Shown: piece by piece, positions 17,886 through 26,849 of the stretch
How the letters are laid out: each line of letters begins with the position of its first letter
Numbering within the stretch: position 1 is the first letter of the stretch
Assembly: GCA_017450825.1 (NCBI GenBank)
Contig: JAFSSV010000044.1
Coordinates: 1 to 44,809 of the forward strand
Length of the DNA: 44,809 nucleotides
DNA from: Synergistaceae bacterium
GTDB lineage: Bacteria; Synergistota; Synergistia; Synergistales; Aminobacteriaceae
Reading direction: 5' to 3'
The notes under the pieces: model-generated
What the model saw: only the letters and a program-made list of their open reading frames with translations
Told to the model about the DNA's origin: nothing
The model's database searches: none
Position numbers and translations under genes: made by a program

Positions 17886-18713
17886 CTAAAATTTTGGGGC
17901 GTTTAAAATTTCGTGTGCTTTGTCCACGATTTCAATTATATTTAACTCTTCGCTGTCATTAATACCTTTGCGCAAGTAGCAAAGAAATTCCGTGTTGCCT
18001 TCGGTGCCTTTAATCGGAGAATGAGTCAGGCCGGCGATAAAAAAATCTGTTTGTTCACGAATGAATTTTATAATGTCTTCAAGAACTTCGCAGTGAATCT
18101 TTTTATCCTTCACTATGCCGCCGGAAATTTTTTCGCGGCCTGCTTCAAATTGCGGCTTGATTAAAATCACGGCTTCACCTTCGGGGCTTAACACTTCGTT
18201 GATAACGGGCAAGATTAATTTCAAAGATATAAACGACACGTCACAGCTTGCAAAATTTATTAGATCGGGCGAAAAATTTTCGCGGGTTAAATATCTTGCG
18301 TTTGTCCTATCCATTACTACGACCCGGGGATCGCTTGCAAGCCTCCAGATTAATTGACCGTACCCGACATCAATCGCATAAACTTTTTTTGCTCCGTTCG
18401 CCAGTAAAACATCTGTGAAGCCTCCGGTCGAAGCTCCGAAGTCCGCGCAAATTTTTTCTTTGACGTTAAGCCCGAAGACTTCAAAGGCCCGTAATAATTT
18501 TTTTGCGCCTCGTCCGGCCCACGGGAAAATTTCATCGAGTGTGATATTCGCGCCCTTGTCAAACATTGCTCCGGCTTTCGTGACGACTTGACCGTTTACC
18601 CGAACTTTGCCGGCCATTATTAAAGCCTGAGCTTTGTTTCTTGTATCAGCGAGGCCAAGCTCGGGCAATAATTTATCAAGGCGTTCTTTCTGTTCTTTCT
18701 TAGCGGTCTTCAT
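17886..18713 (-). CDS. tlyA: TlyA-family rRNA (cytidine-2'-O)-methyltransferase
   Basis: 275 aa. An N-terminal S4-like RNA-binding segment (RLDKLL...RNKAQALIMAGKVRVNG) is followed by an FtsJ-type SAM motif DFGASTGGFTD. It lies downstream of dxs, a common arrangement. Confidence 0.88.
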   Translation of the reverse strand: MKTAKKEQKERLDKLLPELGLADTRNKAQALIMAGKVRVNGQVVTKAGAMFDKGANITLDEIFPWAGRGAKKLLRAFEVFGLNVKEKICADFGASTGGFTDVLLANGAKKVYAIDVGYGQLIWRLASDPRVVVMDRTNARYLTRENFSPDLINFASCDVSFISLKLILPVINEVLSPEGEAVILIKPQFEAGREKISGGIVKDKKIHCEVLEDIIKFIREQTDFFIAGLTHSPIKGTEGNTEFLCYLRKGINDSEELNIIEIVDKAHEILNAPKF

Positions 18714-20553
18714 GTTGAGAAGATAAAAATTTTTTAGCTTCGTGAATAATATTTTCCGCCGTAAGCCCGTAGAGTTCCCGTTGTTCGTCTTGTGTAGCGT
18801 GAGTCACGCAAACGTCAGGGACTCCGAGATGTAAAAGCCGGGGTGAATAACTTTCTTCGGATATTCGAGCCGCGACAGCTTCGCCGAGTCCTCCGGGCAT
18901 GTAACTTTCTTCCAGAACTACTACAAGCTCTTTTGTCTTTAAGATCCCGTCAAGGATTTCAAAATCCAGAGGCTTAATTCTCCGAACGTCATAGAGCGCC
19001 GGGACGTTAAGGTTTTTGTCACGCTCGGCAAGTTTTTTTACTTTCAGCATGACCGGGACGGATGCTCCGTAAGACAAGACCGCCCACTTCTCACCGTCGG
19101 AAATTTTTACAATGCTCTGATTTTGATTTCCTTCGACAAAATTTTCAGGAGGGATTGAGCCTCTAGGATAACGAATGAGAGTCGGCCCGTTACGTTTTGA
19201 GGCAATCCGCATAACTTCTTTCAAAGAATTTTCATCTGAAGGAGCATAGATTTCAAGATTGGGAATTGCCCGCGCCCATGAAATATCGAGAAGGCCCTGA
19301 TGTGTATCGCCGTCGGAGCCGGCCAGCCCCGCCCGGTCTACCATTAGAACAACCGGAAGATTTTGGAGGGCTATATCGTGCATTAATTGATCCATTGCCC
19401 GCTGTAAAAAAGTTGAGTAAATAAAAACCCAAGGGCGCATACCTCCTGCCGCCAGTCCTGCCGCCATTGTGAGCATGTGACTTTCAGCTATGCCGACATC
19501 AAAAAATCTATCTGGAAATTCGCTGGCAAATTTTTCAAGCTTGACTCCTGTGACCATTGCCGCTGTAAAGCAGACGACTCTGTCGTCATTCATTGCTAAC
19601 TCTTCGGCGATTTTGGAGGCGGCTTCGCTCCATGTTCGAGATTTTTTTGAACCGGCCGGGGCTACTTGATGATATTTCGTGGGATCTTCTTCGGCTTCTT
19701 TGAGTCCCTTGCCTTTGATTGTATTGAAGTGAAGGAGGACGGGCTTATCGTATCGTTTGGCAAGCTCAAAAATTCTTTCAGCGTTTTTAATATTATGACC
19801 GTCGAACGGCCCCCAGTAATTTATTTCAAGCTCATCAAAAAAATTATTGGGCTTGATAATAAATTTAAAAGTGTCACGGAATTTTTTTAAAATTTTAAAT
19901 GACTTTGTAGTTCTTGCTCCGGTCTTGGCCAGAAGATAATTTTTAAATCGCTTGTAAAAAGTATTAGCTGAAAGACTCGCAAGCAGAGTCGAGAAGCCTC
20001 CGACCCGGTTGCTTATTGAGTGCCTGTTGTCGTTGAGAACGATTATTAACTTTGTTTTAGTTTCGCTGACGTAGTTAAGAGCTTCGAGGGCCAAGCCGTT
20101 AATCATTGACGCGTCACCTATGAAGGCTATAACGTGCCGTTGTTCGTTTAATAAATCTCTTGCCTTGGCATAGCCCAGCGCCGCTGAAATTGAAGTGCTG
20201 CTGTGCCCGGTGTTGAAATGATCGCAAGGACTCTCGTTCCGTCTTGGGAATCCCGAAAGCCCTCCCTTTAATCTCAAGCTTGAAAATTTATCGAATCTAT
20301 CAGTCAAAATTTTATACGGGTAAGACTGATGGCCAACGTCAAAAATTATTCTGTCTTTCACGGGGTCGAACTGTCGAAGCATTGCTATAGTAAGCTCGAC
20401 AACTCCGAGCGACGAGCCGAGGTGTCCGCCGTTCTTTTTAACCGTGTCGATAATAACTGCCCGTACCTCTTGGGCAAGGACGGGCAGATCTTCTTTCTTT
20501 ATAGTCTGTAAATCTTTATAAGTAAATCCTTCTTTTAAGACTTTAAATTCCAT
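18700..20553 (-). CDS. dxs: 1-deoxy-D-xylulose-5-phosphate synthase
   Basis: 617 aa. It carries GGHLGSSLGVVELT, the ThDP motif IGDASMINGLALEALN and DVGIAESH. Confidence 0.95.
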   Translation of the reverse strand: MEFKVLKEGFTYKDLQTIKKEDLPVLAQEVRAVIIDTVKKNGGHLGSSLGVVELTIAMLRQFDPVKDRIIFDVGHQSYPYKILTDRFDKFSSLRLKGGLSGFPRRNESPCDHFNTGHSSTSISAALGYAKARDLLNEQRHVIAFIGDASMINGLALEALNYVSETKTKLIIVLNDNRHSISNRVGGFSTLLASLSANTFYKRFKNYLLAKTGARTTKSFKILKKFRDTFKFIIKPNNFFDELEINYWGPFDGHNIKNAERIFELAKRYDKPVLLHFNTIKGKGLKEAEEDPTKYHQVAPAGSKKSRTWSEAASKIAEELAMNDDRVVCFTAAMVTGVKLEKFASEFPDRFFDVGIAESHMLTMAAGLAAGGMRPWVFIYSTFLQRAMDQLMHDIALQNLPVVLMVDRAGLAGSDGDTHQGLLDISWARAIPNLEIYAPSDENSLKEVMRIASKRNGPTLIRYPRGSIPPENFVEGNQNQSIVKISDGEKWAVLSYGASVPVMLKVKKLAERDKNLNVPALYDVRRIKPLDFEILDGILKTKELVVVLEESYMPGGLGEAVAARISEESYSPRLLHLGVPDVCVTHATQDEQRELYGLTAENIIHEAKKFLSSQHEDR

Positions 20554-20558
20554 ATCAC

Positions 20559-21959
20559 CTATTCAAATCTTTTAAACTCATATGCTGCGAACTGGGCGAT
20601 TAATTGCAGCGAAGCAAGCTGCGAACGATTTAAGCCGCCCGGCCCGAGCGCTATTAATCCCATGAGCGAATTATCGTCGCAGATCGGGAACACGTATTGA
20701 ATCGAAGAAGACTTCAAAATTTCTTTCCATGGACAGCCGGCAAGCCCCCAGGATTTAAATACAGCGTCGGGAGATTTTTGAGAAAGTTCGTAATAAGCTT
20801 CGCTGATTTTTTCGCTGGAGATCGGGCCGCTTGAGGAAGGCAGGAGCGTTGGATCTAAATTAACTTTGTAATGACCTGTTCGATGTTCTGAAATCGTGTA
20901 GCCTTGGCGGGATTTGTTCCAAGCGGCCAAGACGCAGTTAGACATACGGCTTTGCTCTGTGAAAATGTCAACGAGGAGTGAGAAGAATTTTATTTTGCTG
21001 TCTGCTCCGCGTAAAACTTTCAGGACGTTTGAAAGCGAAAGAACGGTGAATTCTCCCTGAGAGATATTTGCTTCGGCCTGCTTTGACTGGAGGCGCAAGT
21101 TATTTATAGCGATTGCCCTTACTGCTAAATTTCCGAGAAGCTCAAGGAAGTTCATTGTCTGATCGTCCGGAAGATTTTTCCATTTCATAAGACAGAACAA
21201 TCTGCAGTCCCCTTCGGCTACAGGCAAGACGACTTCGACGGGGGAGTCGCTCTTAGTTACGACCGGAGTCGGCGGCAAAATTTGCGAGGCGTATAAACCT
21301 TGGCGGGCGGGAATGCTGTCTGCTTTGCCGTTGAAGACCGTTAAATAATTTCCTTCGTCCTTTAAAATTGCAATGGACTCAGGGAACAAACTTTCCTGTA
21401 AAACATCGGCCAAGAACGAAGCAAAATATTGAAGGGGCATAGGCTCAAAAATTGACGCAAGAGTACTCTTTGTTGCCAGTATCATATAAGACAGGCGCGA
21501 CAATTTTTTTTCGGTGTCTGAAATTTTCTTGAAGGTCTGCCAGAGTCTTATTAACCCCGCGTAAGGTTTTAAATCTTTCACGAGTGCTTCAGGGTCGGAG
21601 GGCTTCTCTTTTAAGAGTATAAAGATTTTCCATTCCGCGCCCATAATTCTAATTACGCCGGGCCATTCTTCGGGGCCTTCGGAGAATTCAAGCTCAAAAG
21701 ATTCTTTAGCTATATTAGAAGGAAAGAGCTTTGAAATTTCGTCCTTCAGTGTCAAGCTTGACGGGACGAGCCCGGCCGCGTCTACTACGTTAAGATTTTC
21801 TGCAAAGGCTGTGGCCTCTAAGACTAATGCTTTAATGCCGCGCTCGTTTAAAAAGTCTGTAAGATTTTTCAGAGCGCCGCCTTTAATAATAAAATCAGTT
21901 TGATTATAAAGCTCGTTGATATTATTTTGGGACATGGTACTAAAAAATACCTCCGGCAA
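20559..21959 (-). CDS. Hypothetical protein with GAF-like modules and no recognisable output domain
   Basis: 466 aa. The alternative ATG at 21935 (MSQNNINELY) lies downstream of GGAGG. Two C-terminal segments of about 150 aa follow the loose GAF pattern and end in ...LIALGPGG...LIAQFAAYEFKRFE. No catalytic or DNA-binding motif was recognised. The gene is divergent from the flagellar operon. Confidence 0.4.
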   Translation of the reverse strand: MPEVFFSTMSQNNINELYNQTDFIIKGGALKNLTDFLNERGIKALVLEATAFAENLNVVDAAGLVPSSLTLKDEISKLFPSNIAKESFELEFSEGPEEWPGVIRIMGAEWKIFILLKEKPSDPEALVKDLKPYAGLIRLWQTFKKISDTEKKLSRLSYMILATKSTLASIFEPMPLQYFASFLADVLQESLFPESIAILKDEGNYLTVFNGKADSIPARQGLYASQILPPTPVVTKSDSPVEVVLPVAEGDCRLFCLMKWKNLPDDQTMNFLELLGNLAVRAIAINNLRLQSKQAEANISQGEFTVLSLSNVLKVLRGADSKIKFFSLLVDIFTEQSRMSNCVLAAWNKSRQGYTISEHRTGHYKVNLDPTLLPSSSGPISSEKISEAYYELSQKSPDAVFKSWGLAGCPWKEILKSSSIQYVFPICDDNSLMGLIALGPGGLNRSQLASLQLIAQFAAYEFKRFE

Positions 21960-22082
21960 AAATTTTTTTGTTCATCTATTTTATCGCTTTTTTCGCTCAA
22001 AATCGTATAATATTGTCTAACCTTATAAATTATATATATTCAAATTCAAATTCCAAAAGAAGGGCTGGCGTTTTTAAAAATA

Positions 22083-22301
22083 ATGATTGAAGTACATCGT
22101 CTGAACGGCGAACCATTCTTGCTTAATTCTGACATGATTGAGACCATTGACGTAACGCCGGATACTGTTTTGCGACTCCTGAACGGTCATAGATACGTCG
22201 TGAAGGAAAAAGTCCCGGACGTATATAAAAAAATTATAGCCTTCAGGAAGGCCGCGGGTTATACATGTATAATCGCAAGCACTACTAAAGACGAAGCGTA
22301 A
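22083..22301 (+). CDS. flbD: Flagellar protein FlbD
   Basis: 72 aa. MIEVHRLNGEPFLLNSDMIETI....LLNGHRYVVKE is the FlbD signature. It is the first gene before motA/motB. Confidence 0.88.
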   Translation: MIEVHRLNGEPFLLNSDMIETIDVTPDTVLRLLNGHRYVVKEKVPDVYKKIIAFRKAAGYTCIIASTTKDEA

Positions 22302-22334
22302 TAACCGTAATAACACTGTAGAGGTGAGTTCATT

Positions 22335-23108
22335 TTGGATTTAACAAGTCTTATAGGATTTCTGGCAACATGGATATTAGTTCTTGCGTCGATGGCTGCG
22401 GGCGGAAACTTCGGAGCTTATATTGACGTTCCCTCAGTCATGATCACTCTGGGGGGAGCAATCGGAGCGACAATAATTTCAAACCCCGGCGACAGACTCA
22501 AAGCGGTCGGCGGAGCTTTAAAGAGCGTTTTTATTTCTCACGCTCCAGATTTAATCGGAATGGTACAAATGATCGTGAGCTTTGCAGAAAAGGCCCGGCG
22601 TGAGGGACTCTTATCGCTTGAAGCCGATGTAGCTGAAGTTGAAAGCGACTTCATGAGAAAAGCTATTCAGCTAGTAGTCGACGGCACAGACCCCGAACTT
22701 GTACGCGCTATTCTTGATACAGAGATAGGAGTCTTTGAGGACAGGCACAGCGCGAACAAAACAGTCTTTGATAATCTTGCTGAATTCGGGCCTTCGTTCG
22801 GAATGATCGGAACGCTGATAGGCTTAATAGCAATGTTAGGAAACCTTTCCGACGTCAGCGCACTTGGCCCCGGTATGGCCGTTGCCCTTATTACTACGAT
22901 GTACGGCTCAATGCTTGCCAACATGTTCGCAATTCCTACGGCTAAGAAACTTGCGGCCCGTTCGGCCGAAGAAGTTAAGGCAATGGAGCTTATGGTTGAG
23001 GGAATTTTAGCAATTCAAGCCGGCGAAAACCCAAGAATAGTTGAAGAAAAATTAAAAGTTTATCTTCCGCCTAAAATGCGTGAGGCATTTAATCAGGAGG
23101 GCGAATAG
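22335..23108 (+). CDS. motA: Flagellar motor stator protein MotA
   Basis: 257 aa with 4 TM segments and the MotA/TolQ/ExbB C-terminal channel segment (GPSFGMIGTLIGLI...ALITTMYGSMLAN). The TTG start follows GAGGTGA. Confidence 0.9.
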   Translation: MDLTSLIGFLATWILVLASMAAGGNFGAYIDVPSVMITLGGAIGATIISNPGDRLKAVGGALKSVFISHAPDLIGMVQMIVSFAEKARREGLLSLEADVAEVESDFMRKAIQLVVDGTDPELVRAILDTEIGVFEDRHSANKTVFDNLAEFGPSFGMIGTLIGLIAMLGNLSDVSALGPGMAVALITTMYGSMLANMFAIPTAKKLAARSAEEVKAMELMVEGILAIQAGENPRIVEEKLKVYLPPKMREAFNQEGE

Positions 23109-23110
23109 TC

Positions 23111-23839
23111 ATGGCCCGTCAAAAGAAACCCGAAGAGCCCGGACTTTCGGCCCCGTTCTACATGAGTACATACGGGGATATGATAACTTTAGTTCTTTGC
23201 TTTTTCATTTTGCTTTTCGCTATGTCTTCGATAGACTCGCAGAAATTTCAGAAGGCTTTATTATCTTTACGGGGTTCACTGGGAGTCTTGAAGGGCGGAG
23301 TTACCACTGAAGAGTCACAAGATCCCAATAGGAGCGGCGAAGTAGGCACAAGCCCCGGCGCAAGCGAAAGGGTTGAGATCGACACGAGGCACGTAGCTTA
23401 CACGCTCAACAGCTTTTTAAGATCTGAAAATCTTACCCGTGATATTCAAGTATCTATAAATCAAAGAGGCGTAGCAGTTTCAATCAGCGATCAATTTTTA
23501 TTTCAGCCCGGCCGGGCAGACTTGAGGCCCGAAGGTCAAAGGGCCTTGTTTAAAATTTCTGAACTTGTACGCGACAGAGTCCCCGCCGCCGCCGTTGAAG
23601 GTCATACGGACTCGGGGATTTTAAACGGCGGAATTTATCGCGACAACTGGGGACTAAGTGCAATGCGGGCCGCCGCCGTTGCGAGTTACATGGAAAGATA
23701 CGGAGGCTTTGATCCTACTAAGCTGCAGGCCGTGGGCTACAGTTCAGCTCAGCCTATTGTCCCTAACGATACGCCCGAACATAGAGCGCTTAACCGCCGT
23801 GTCGAAATAGTTTTCTTATCGCAATATCCCAAGAGATAG
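23111..23839 (+). CDS. motB: Flagellar motor stator protein MotB (OmpA-like peptidoglycan-binding domain)
   Basis: 242 aa. The N-terminal TM segment carries the conserved Asp context (YGDMITLVLCFFILLFA). The C-terminal OmpA-like motifs are GHTD...NWGLSAMRAAAV...NRRVEI. Confidence 0.9.
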   Translation: MARQKKPEEPGLSAPFYMSTYGDMITLVLCFFILLFAMSSIDSQKFQKALLSLRGSLGVLKGGVTTEESQDPNRSGEVGTSPGASERVEIDTRHVAYTLNSFLRSENLTRDIQVSINQRGVAVSISDQFLFQPGRADLRPEGQRALFKISELVRDRVPAAAVEGHTDSGILNGGIYRDNWGLSAMRAAAVASYMERYGGFDPTKLQAVGYSSAQPIVPNDTPEHRALNRRVEIVFLSQYPKR

Positions 23840-23858
23840 AACAGGGAGGGAGAAACAT

Positions 23859-24221
23859 ATGTTAAAGAAATTTACGGCATGTTATCAAAAATTAGAGCAT
23901 GGATATATGGGAAGCCTTCTTGAATGGCCGGGAGTCATTACAGAAGGTGACAACTTGGAAGATTGCCGCGAACTTTTAATGGAAGCCGCAAACGAAATGG
24001 CTAAAATGTTCAAAGACGACGGAATGAAAATACCGTACACATCTCTTATTCTTGAGCCTTTATCTATATCAGTTGCTCCTGAATGTCTACCTGAGGGCGG
24101 GCGACATAGCTTCTATGTTCATCAGGACGGGAGAGCTACCGCAGTTAAGAGGCATAATATTTTTGACAGAATATCAGCGAATAAAACTTGCAAAGATGCC
24201 GGGCTTCAGCCTATATTCTAA
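23859..24221 (+). CDS. HicB-like antitoxin domain fused to a degenerate HicA-like toxin domain
   Basis: 120 aa with a good RBS (GGGAGGGAGAAACAT-ATG). Residues 1-72 fit the short HicB/UPF0150 pattern (..GYMGSLLEWPGVITEGDNLEDCRELLMEAANEMAKMF..G..IP). Residues about 80-120 (GGRHSFYVHQDGRATAVKRHNIFDRISANKTCKDAGL) fit the HicA core G-x-x-H...GR....RH........I.K..GL but lack the N-terminal helix. Confidence 0.45.
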   Translation: MLKKFTACYQKLEHGYMGSLLEWPGVITEGDNLEDCRELLMEAANEMAKMFKDDGMKIPYTSLILEPLSISVAPECLPEGGRHSFYVHQDGRATAVKRHNIFDRISANKTCKDAGLQPIF

Positions 24222-24249
24222 ATTTCATTCAGAAGGGAACAACTAATAA

Positions 24250-24705
24250 ATGAAACGTATTTTAATTTTTGCGATAGTCGGCCTCGTAATGTTCGGGGCA
24301 GGGTTTGGCGGCGGTCTTATTCTTGGCCGGACGATGGCTCCGAAGGACACTAACGAGATAGGCGCTGGAAAAGTTATTCAAAATCCCGGGCCTATCGTTT
24401 CAATCGGACAATTCACGAGCAATCTGGCCGGAACTGGACGACACGTAATAGACTGCTCACTTGCTCTTGAACTCGTTGAGAAGGACGGAGCAAGCGCATT
24501 GATTCAGACTCCGGGATGGCTTAATAGAATCCGCAGTGAAATTTTTATGCTAATGAAAGATAGAGTCTATGACGACTTGACAAGCGCCGAAGGTGCCCTG
24601 CAGTTAGCTGGCGATATTAAACGAGCCTTGAATAGAATGCTCCCCGATGTTGGCGGCGAAGCTCCCGTAGTTAATGTATTATTCGAGAGCATGATTTTAC
24701 AGTAA
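24250..24705 (+). CDS. fliL: Flagellar basal-body-associated protein FliL
   Basis: 151 aa with a single N-terminal TM segment and a FliL-like C-terminal domain (FTSNLAG...IRSEIFMLM.....L.....IKRALNRML..........VLFESMILQ). It sits between motB and fliM. Confidence 0.8.
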   Translation: MKRILIFAIVGLVMFGAGFGGGLILGRTMAPKDTNEIGAGKVIQNPGPIVSIGQFTSNLAGTGRHVIDCSLALELVEKDGASALIQTPGWLNRIRSEIFMLMKDRVYDDLTSAEGALQLAGDIKRALNRMLPDVGGEAPVVNVLFESMILQ

Positions 24706-24728
24706 GAACAAAATAAAAAAAATTAAAA

Positions 24729-25754
24729 ATGCCAGACGTATTATCACAAGATGCTATTGATGCCTTAATGAAATCTATCTCAAGCGGTGCTAACATCGAC
24801 GAGATAGCAGCAAAGGCTGACGAATACGCAAAATTAAAAATCTATGACTTCAAACGCCCCGACAAGTTCAGCAAAGACCAACTCCGCGCTATTCAAATGA
24901 TTCATGAGTCTTTTGCCCGGCAAATGACGACAGTTCTTTCCACTTTAATACGCTCTATAGTTTCTGCTGAAATTGCTTCGGTCGAACAGCTTGCCTATGA
25001 AGAATTCGTAAACTACATGGTACAGCCTACAGTCATTGGCCTGATAGAAATGCACCCGTTCGAAGGCTCAATGTTAATAGAAATTAATCCGGCTATAGTC
25101 TTCACGATTATTGACAGAATGCTGGGAGGCCGTGGAACTTTTGCCGGCAATGTAAGAGAATTAACAGACATAGAGAAGACAGTGGTCGAACGCGTGATTA
25201 TGCGAATACTTGAACTCTTGGAAGACAGCTGGAGTACAGTCGTAGACGTTCGCTTCAGGTTTGAAAGCATGGAAAGCAACCCCTTCTTTGTTCAAATTTG
25301 TTCGCCAAGCGATATGGTCTTGGTAGTAATTATGAAATTGAGAGTCTCTGAAGTCGAAGGCATGGTCAGCTTATGTTTCCCGTATTTCTTAATCGAACCG
25401 ATAATGGACAGACTTTCAAGCCAGCAATGGTTCGCCTCAACGAGTCATAAAGCCGATCCCGAAATGAAAACATGGTTGAATAATTCCATGCTCAAAGTTA
25501 ATATGCCAATGGCCATGGAACTCGGACATACTGTCTTATCGCTCAATGACGTTTACGCACTTCAAACCGGAGATGTTATCAAGCTTGACGAGCTTAAAGA
25601 CTCTCAAATAGATGTACGTGTAGGAAATCAAATTAGATTCAAAGCAAGGCCGGGGACTCTTAATGGTCATATGGCCGTAGAGCTTACTCAAGTTTTGACT
25701 CGGGATATGCCCCTGCTGCCTCAACAAGACGATGAGAAAGGAGAGAATAAATAA
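24729..25754 (+). CDS. fliM: Flagellar motor switch protein FliM
   Basis: 341 aa. It has the N-terminal CheY-P binding motif LSQDAIDALM, a FliM middle domain (GGRG motif region IIDRMLGGRG) and a C-terminal FliN-like domain. Confidence 0.92.
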   Translation: MPDVLSQDAIDALMKSISSGANIDEIAAKADEYAKLKIYDFKRPDKFSKDQLRAIQMIHESFARQMTTVLSTLIRSIVSAEIASVEQLAYEEFVNYMVQPTVIGLIEMHPFEGSMLIEINPAIVFTIIDRMLGGRGTFAGNVRELTDIEKTVVERVIMRILELLEDSWSTVVDVRFRFESMESNPFFVQICSPSDMVLVVIMKLRVSEVEGMVSLCFPYFLIEPIMDRLSSQQWFASTSHKADPEMKTWLNNSMLKVNMPMAMELGHTVLSLNDVYALQTGDVIKLDELKDSQIDVRVGNQIRFKARPGTLNGHMAVELTQVLTRDMPLLPQQDDEKGENK

Positions 25755-26792
25755 ATGCCTGATGATTTATTAAGCCCTGATGAAATTAACGCCCTCTTAG
25801 CAGGAGGAGATATTGGAGGCGACGTTGAAGAAATTTCAAGCGCCGACGCCGAACAGTTGGCAAAAGTTGCCGACACCTTCGCTAATTCTGAAAACAGTGT
25901 TATCAATATGCTCACGGGCAAGAACGTTACAACTAAGACAGGAAGCCCGGAGATTTTATCGCAAACTGACTTCACCGGAAAATTTTCAGAGATCCCGTTT
26001 TTATTTTCCAGTACATTCGGAGGCATGGACGATATGCCGCTTGCCCTCGTTGTCGATCAGCAAGGCGCGTTAATGCTTGCCGACTTCATGATGGGAGGAA
26101 CTGGAACTGTAGTCCCCGATCCCAATGACATGCACTGGAACGCAGCTCAGGAAGGCTTGAGCCAAGTAGTAGGATCAGCCTTTACGAGCCTCAGCGCAAT
26201 GCTGGCGGGCCGAAGGTTAATGCCGGAGAATACAACTTCAGCTCTTGGCGAAGATAACTGGCGGGCGTTTTCTCTTGAACCTGCTGAGAAAAAAATCTGG
26301 GCATGTCCCGTAAGCGTTACTATCGAAGGCTTACAGCCTTTTAATATCTGGACGTGTTTAACGCTCGACAATGCTATTAACATTGCGGGCTATATGCGCG
26401 ACGCTCTCGAAGGTAAAAAGCCTGAGCCTCAAGCTAATAATAATTCTATGGGAGGAGGAGGATTCATGGGAGGTGGCAGACCAAACGCCGGCCCTGCTGT
26501 AGACGTGAGACCGGCAGCCTTTCAGCCTCTTGGAGGAGGCAGCAGCGGAGGCGCTCCGAGTCCCATTGACTTGATCGCCGATATTCCTGTTCGTGTTACT
26601 GTTGAACTCGGCAAGGCGCGCAAAAGTGTTTCAGAAATTTTAGCGCTTAACGCCGGAGCAGTTATCGAACTCGACAAAATGGCCGGCGAGCCCGTTGACA
26701 TTTTAGTAAACGGAAAATTAATCGCTCATGGTGAAGTAGTTGTAATCGACGAAAATTTTGGCGTAAGAATTACAGATATAATTCCAAGTTAG
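25755..26792 (+). CDS. fliY: Flagellar motor switch protein FliY/FliN family (CheC-like middle domain plus FliN C-terminal domain)
   Basis: 345 aa. It has the N-terminal LSPDEINALL motif, a Gly-rich linker and the C-terminal FliN domain (IPVRVTVELGKARKSVSEILALNAGAVIELDK...VDILVNGKLIAHGEVVVIDENFGVRITDI). Confidence 0.88.
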   Translation: MPDDLLSPDEINALLAGGDIGGDVEEISSADAEQLAKVADTFANSENSVINMLTGKNVTTKTGSPEILSQTDFTGKFSEIPFLFSSTFGGMDDMPLALVVDQQGALMLADFMMGGTGTVVPDPNDMHWNAAQEGLSQVVGSAFTSLSAMLAGRRLMPENTTSALGEDNWRAFSLEPAEKKIWACPVSVTIEGLQPFNIWTCLTLDNAINIAGYMRDALEGKKPEPQANNNSMGGGGFMGGGRPNAGPAVDVRPAAFQPLGGGSSGGAPSPIDLIADIPVRVTVELGKARKSVSEILALNAGAVIELDKMAGEPVDILVNGKLIAHGEVVVIDENFGVRITDIIPS

Positions 26793-26849
26793 ATGAAGTT
26801 ATATTATAATATTCAAAATTCTTTATAATATGAAGAGAGGTTTTAGAAA

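Noticed and set aside
21960-22082. A search for a sigma28 (TAAA-N15-GCCGATAA) or strong sigma70 promoter upstream of flbD. A TATAAT box is present near 22004-22009.
   Set aside because: No acceptable -35 element or sigma28 consensus was found at correct spacing. The region is too AT-rich for a reliable call.
22074-22316. An 80-aa minus-strand ORF overlapping flbD.
   Set aside because: It is antisense to flbD, whose product matches the FlbD signature and fits the operon context.
24052-24246. An alternative-frame 64-aa ORF overlapping the 3' half of the HicB/HicA-like ORF. It was considered as a possible separate, frameshifted hicA.
   Set aside because: Its translation (MSLYLYQLLLNVYLRAGDIASMF...) shows no HicA-like pattern. 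The HicA-like motif is in the same frame as the HicB-like part.
25755-26792. Possible loss of the CheC-type phosphatase motifs ([DS]xxxExxN) in FliY.
   Set aside because: I could not align the two active-site motifs confidently by eye. A profile alignment is needed before claiming degeneracy.
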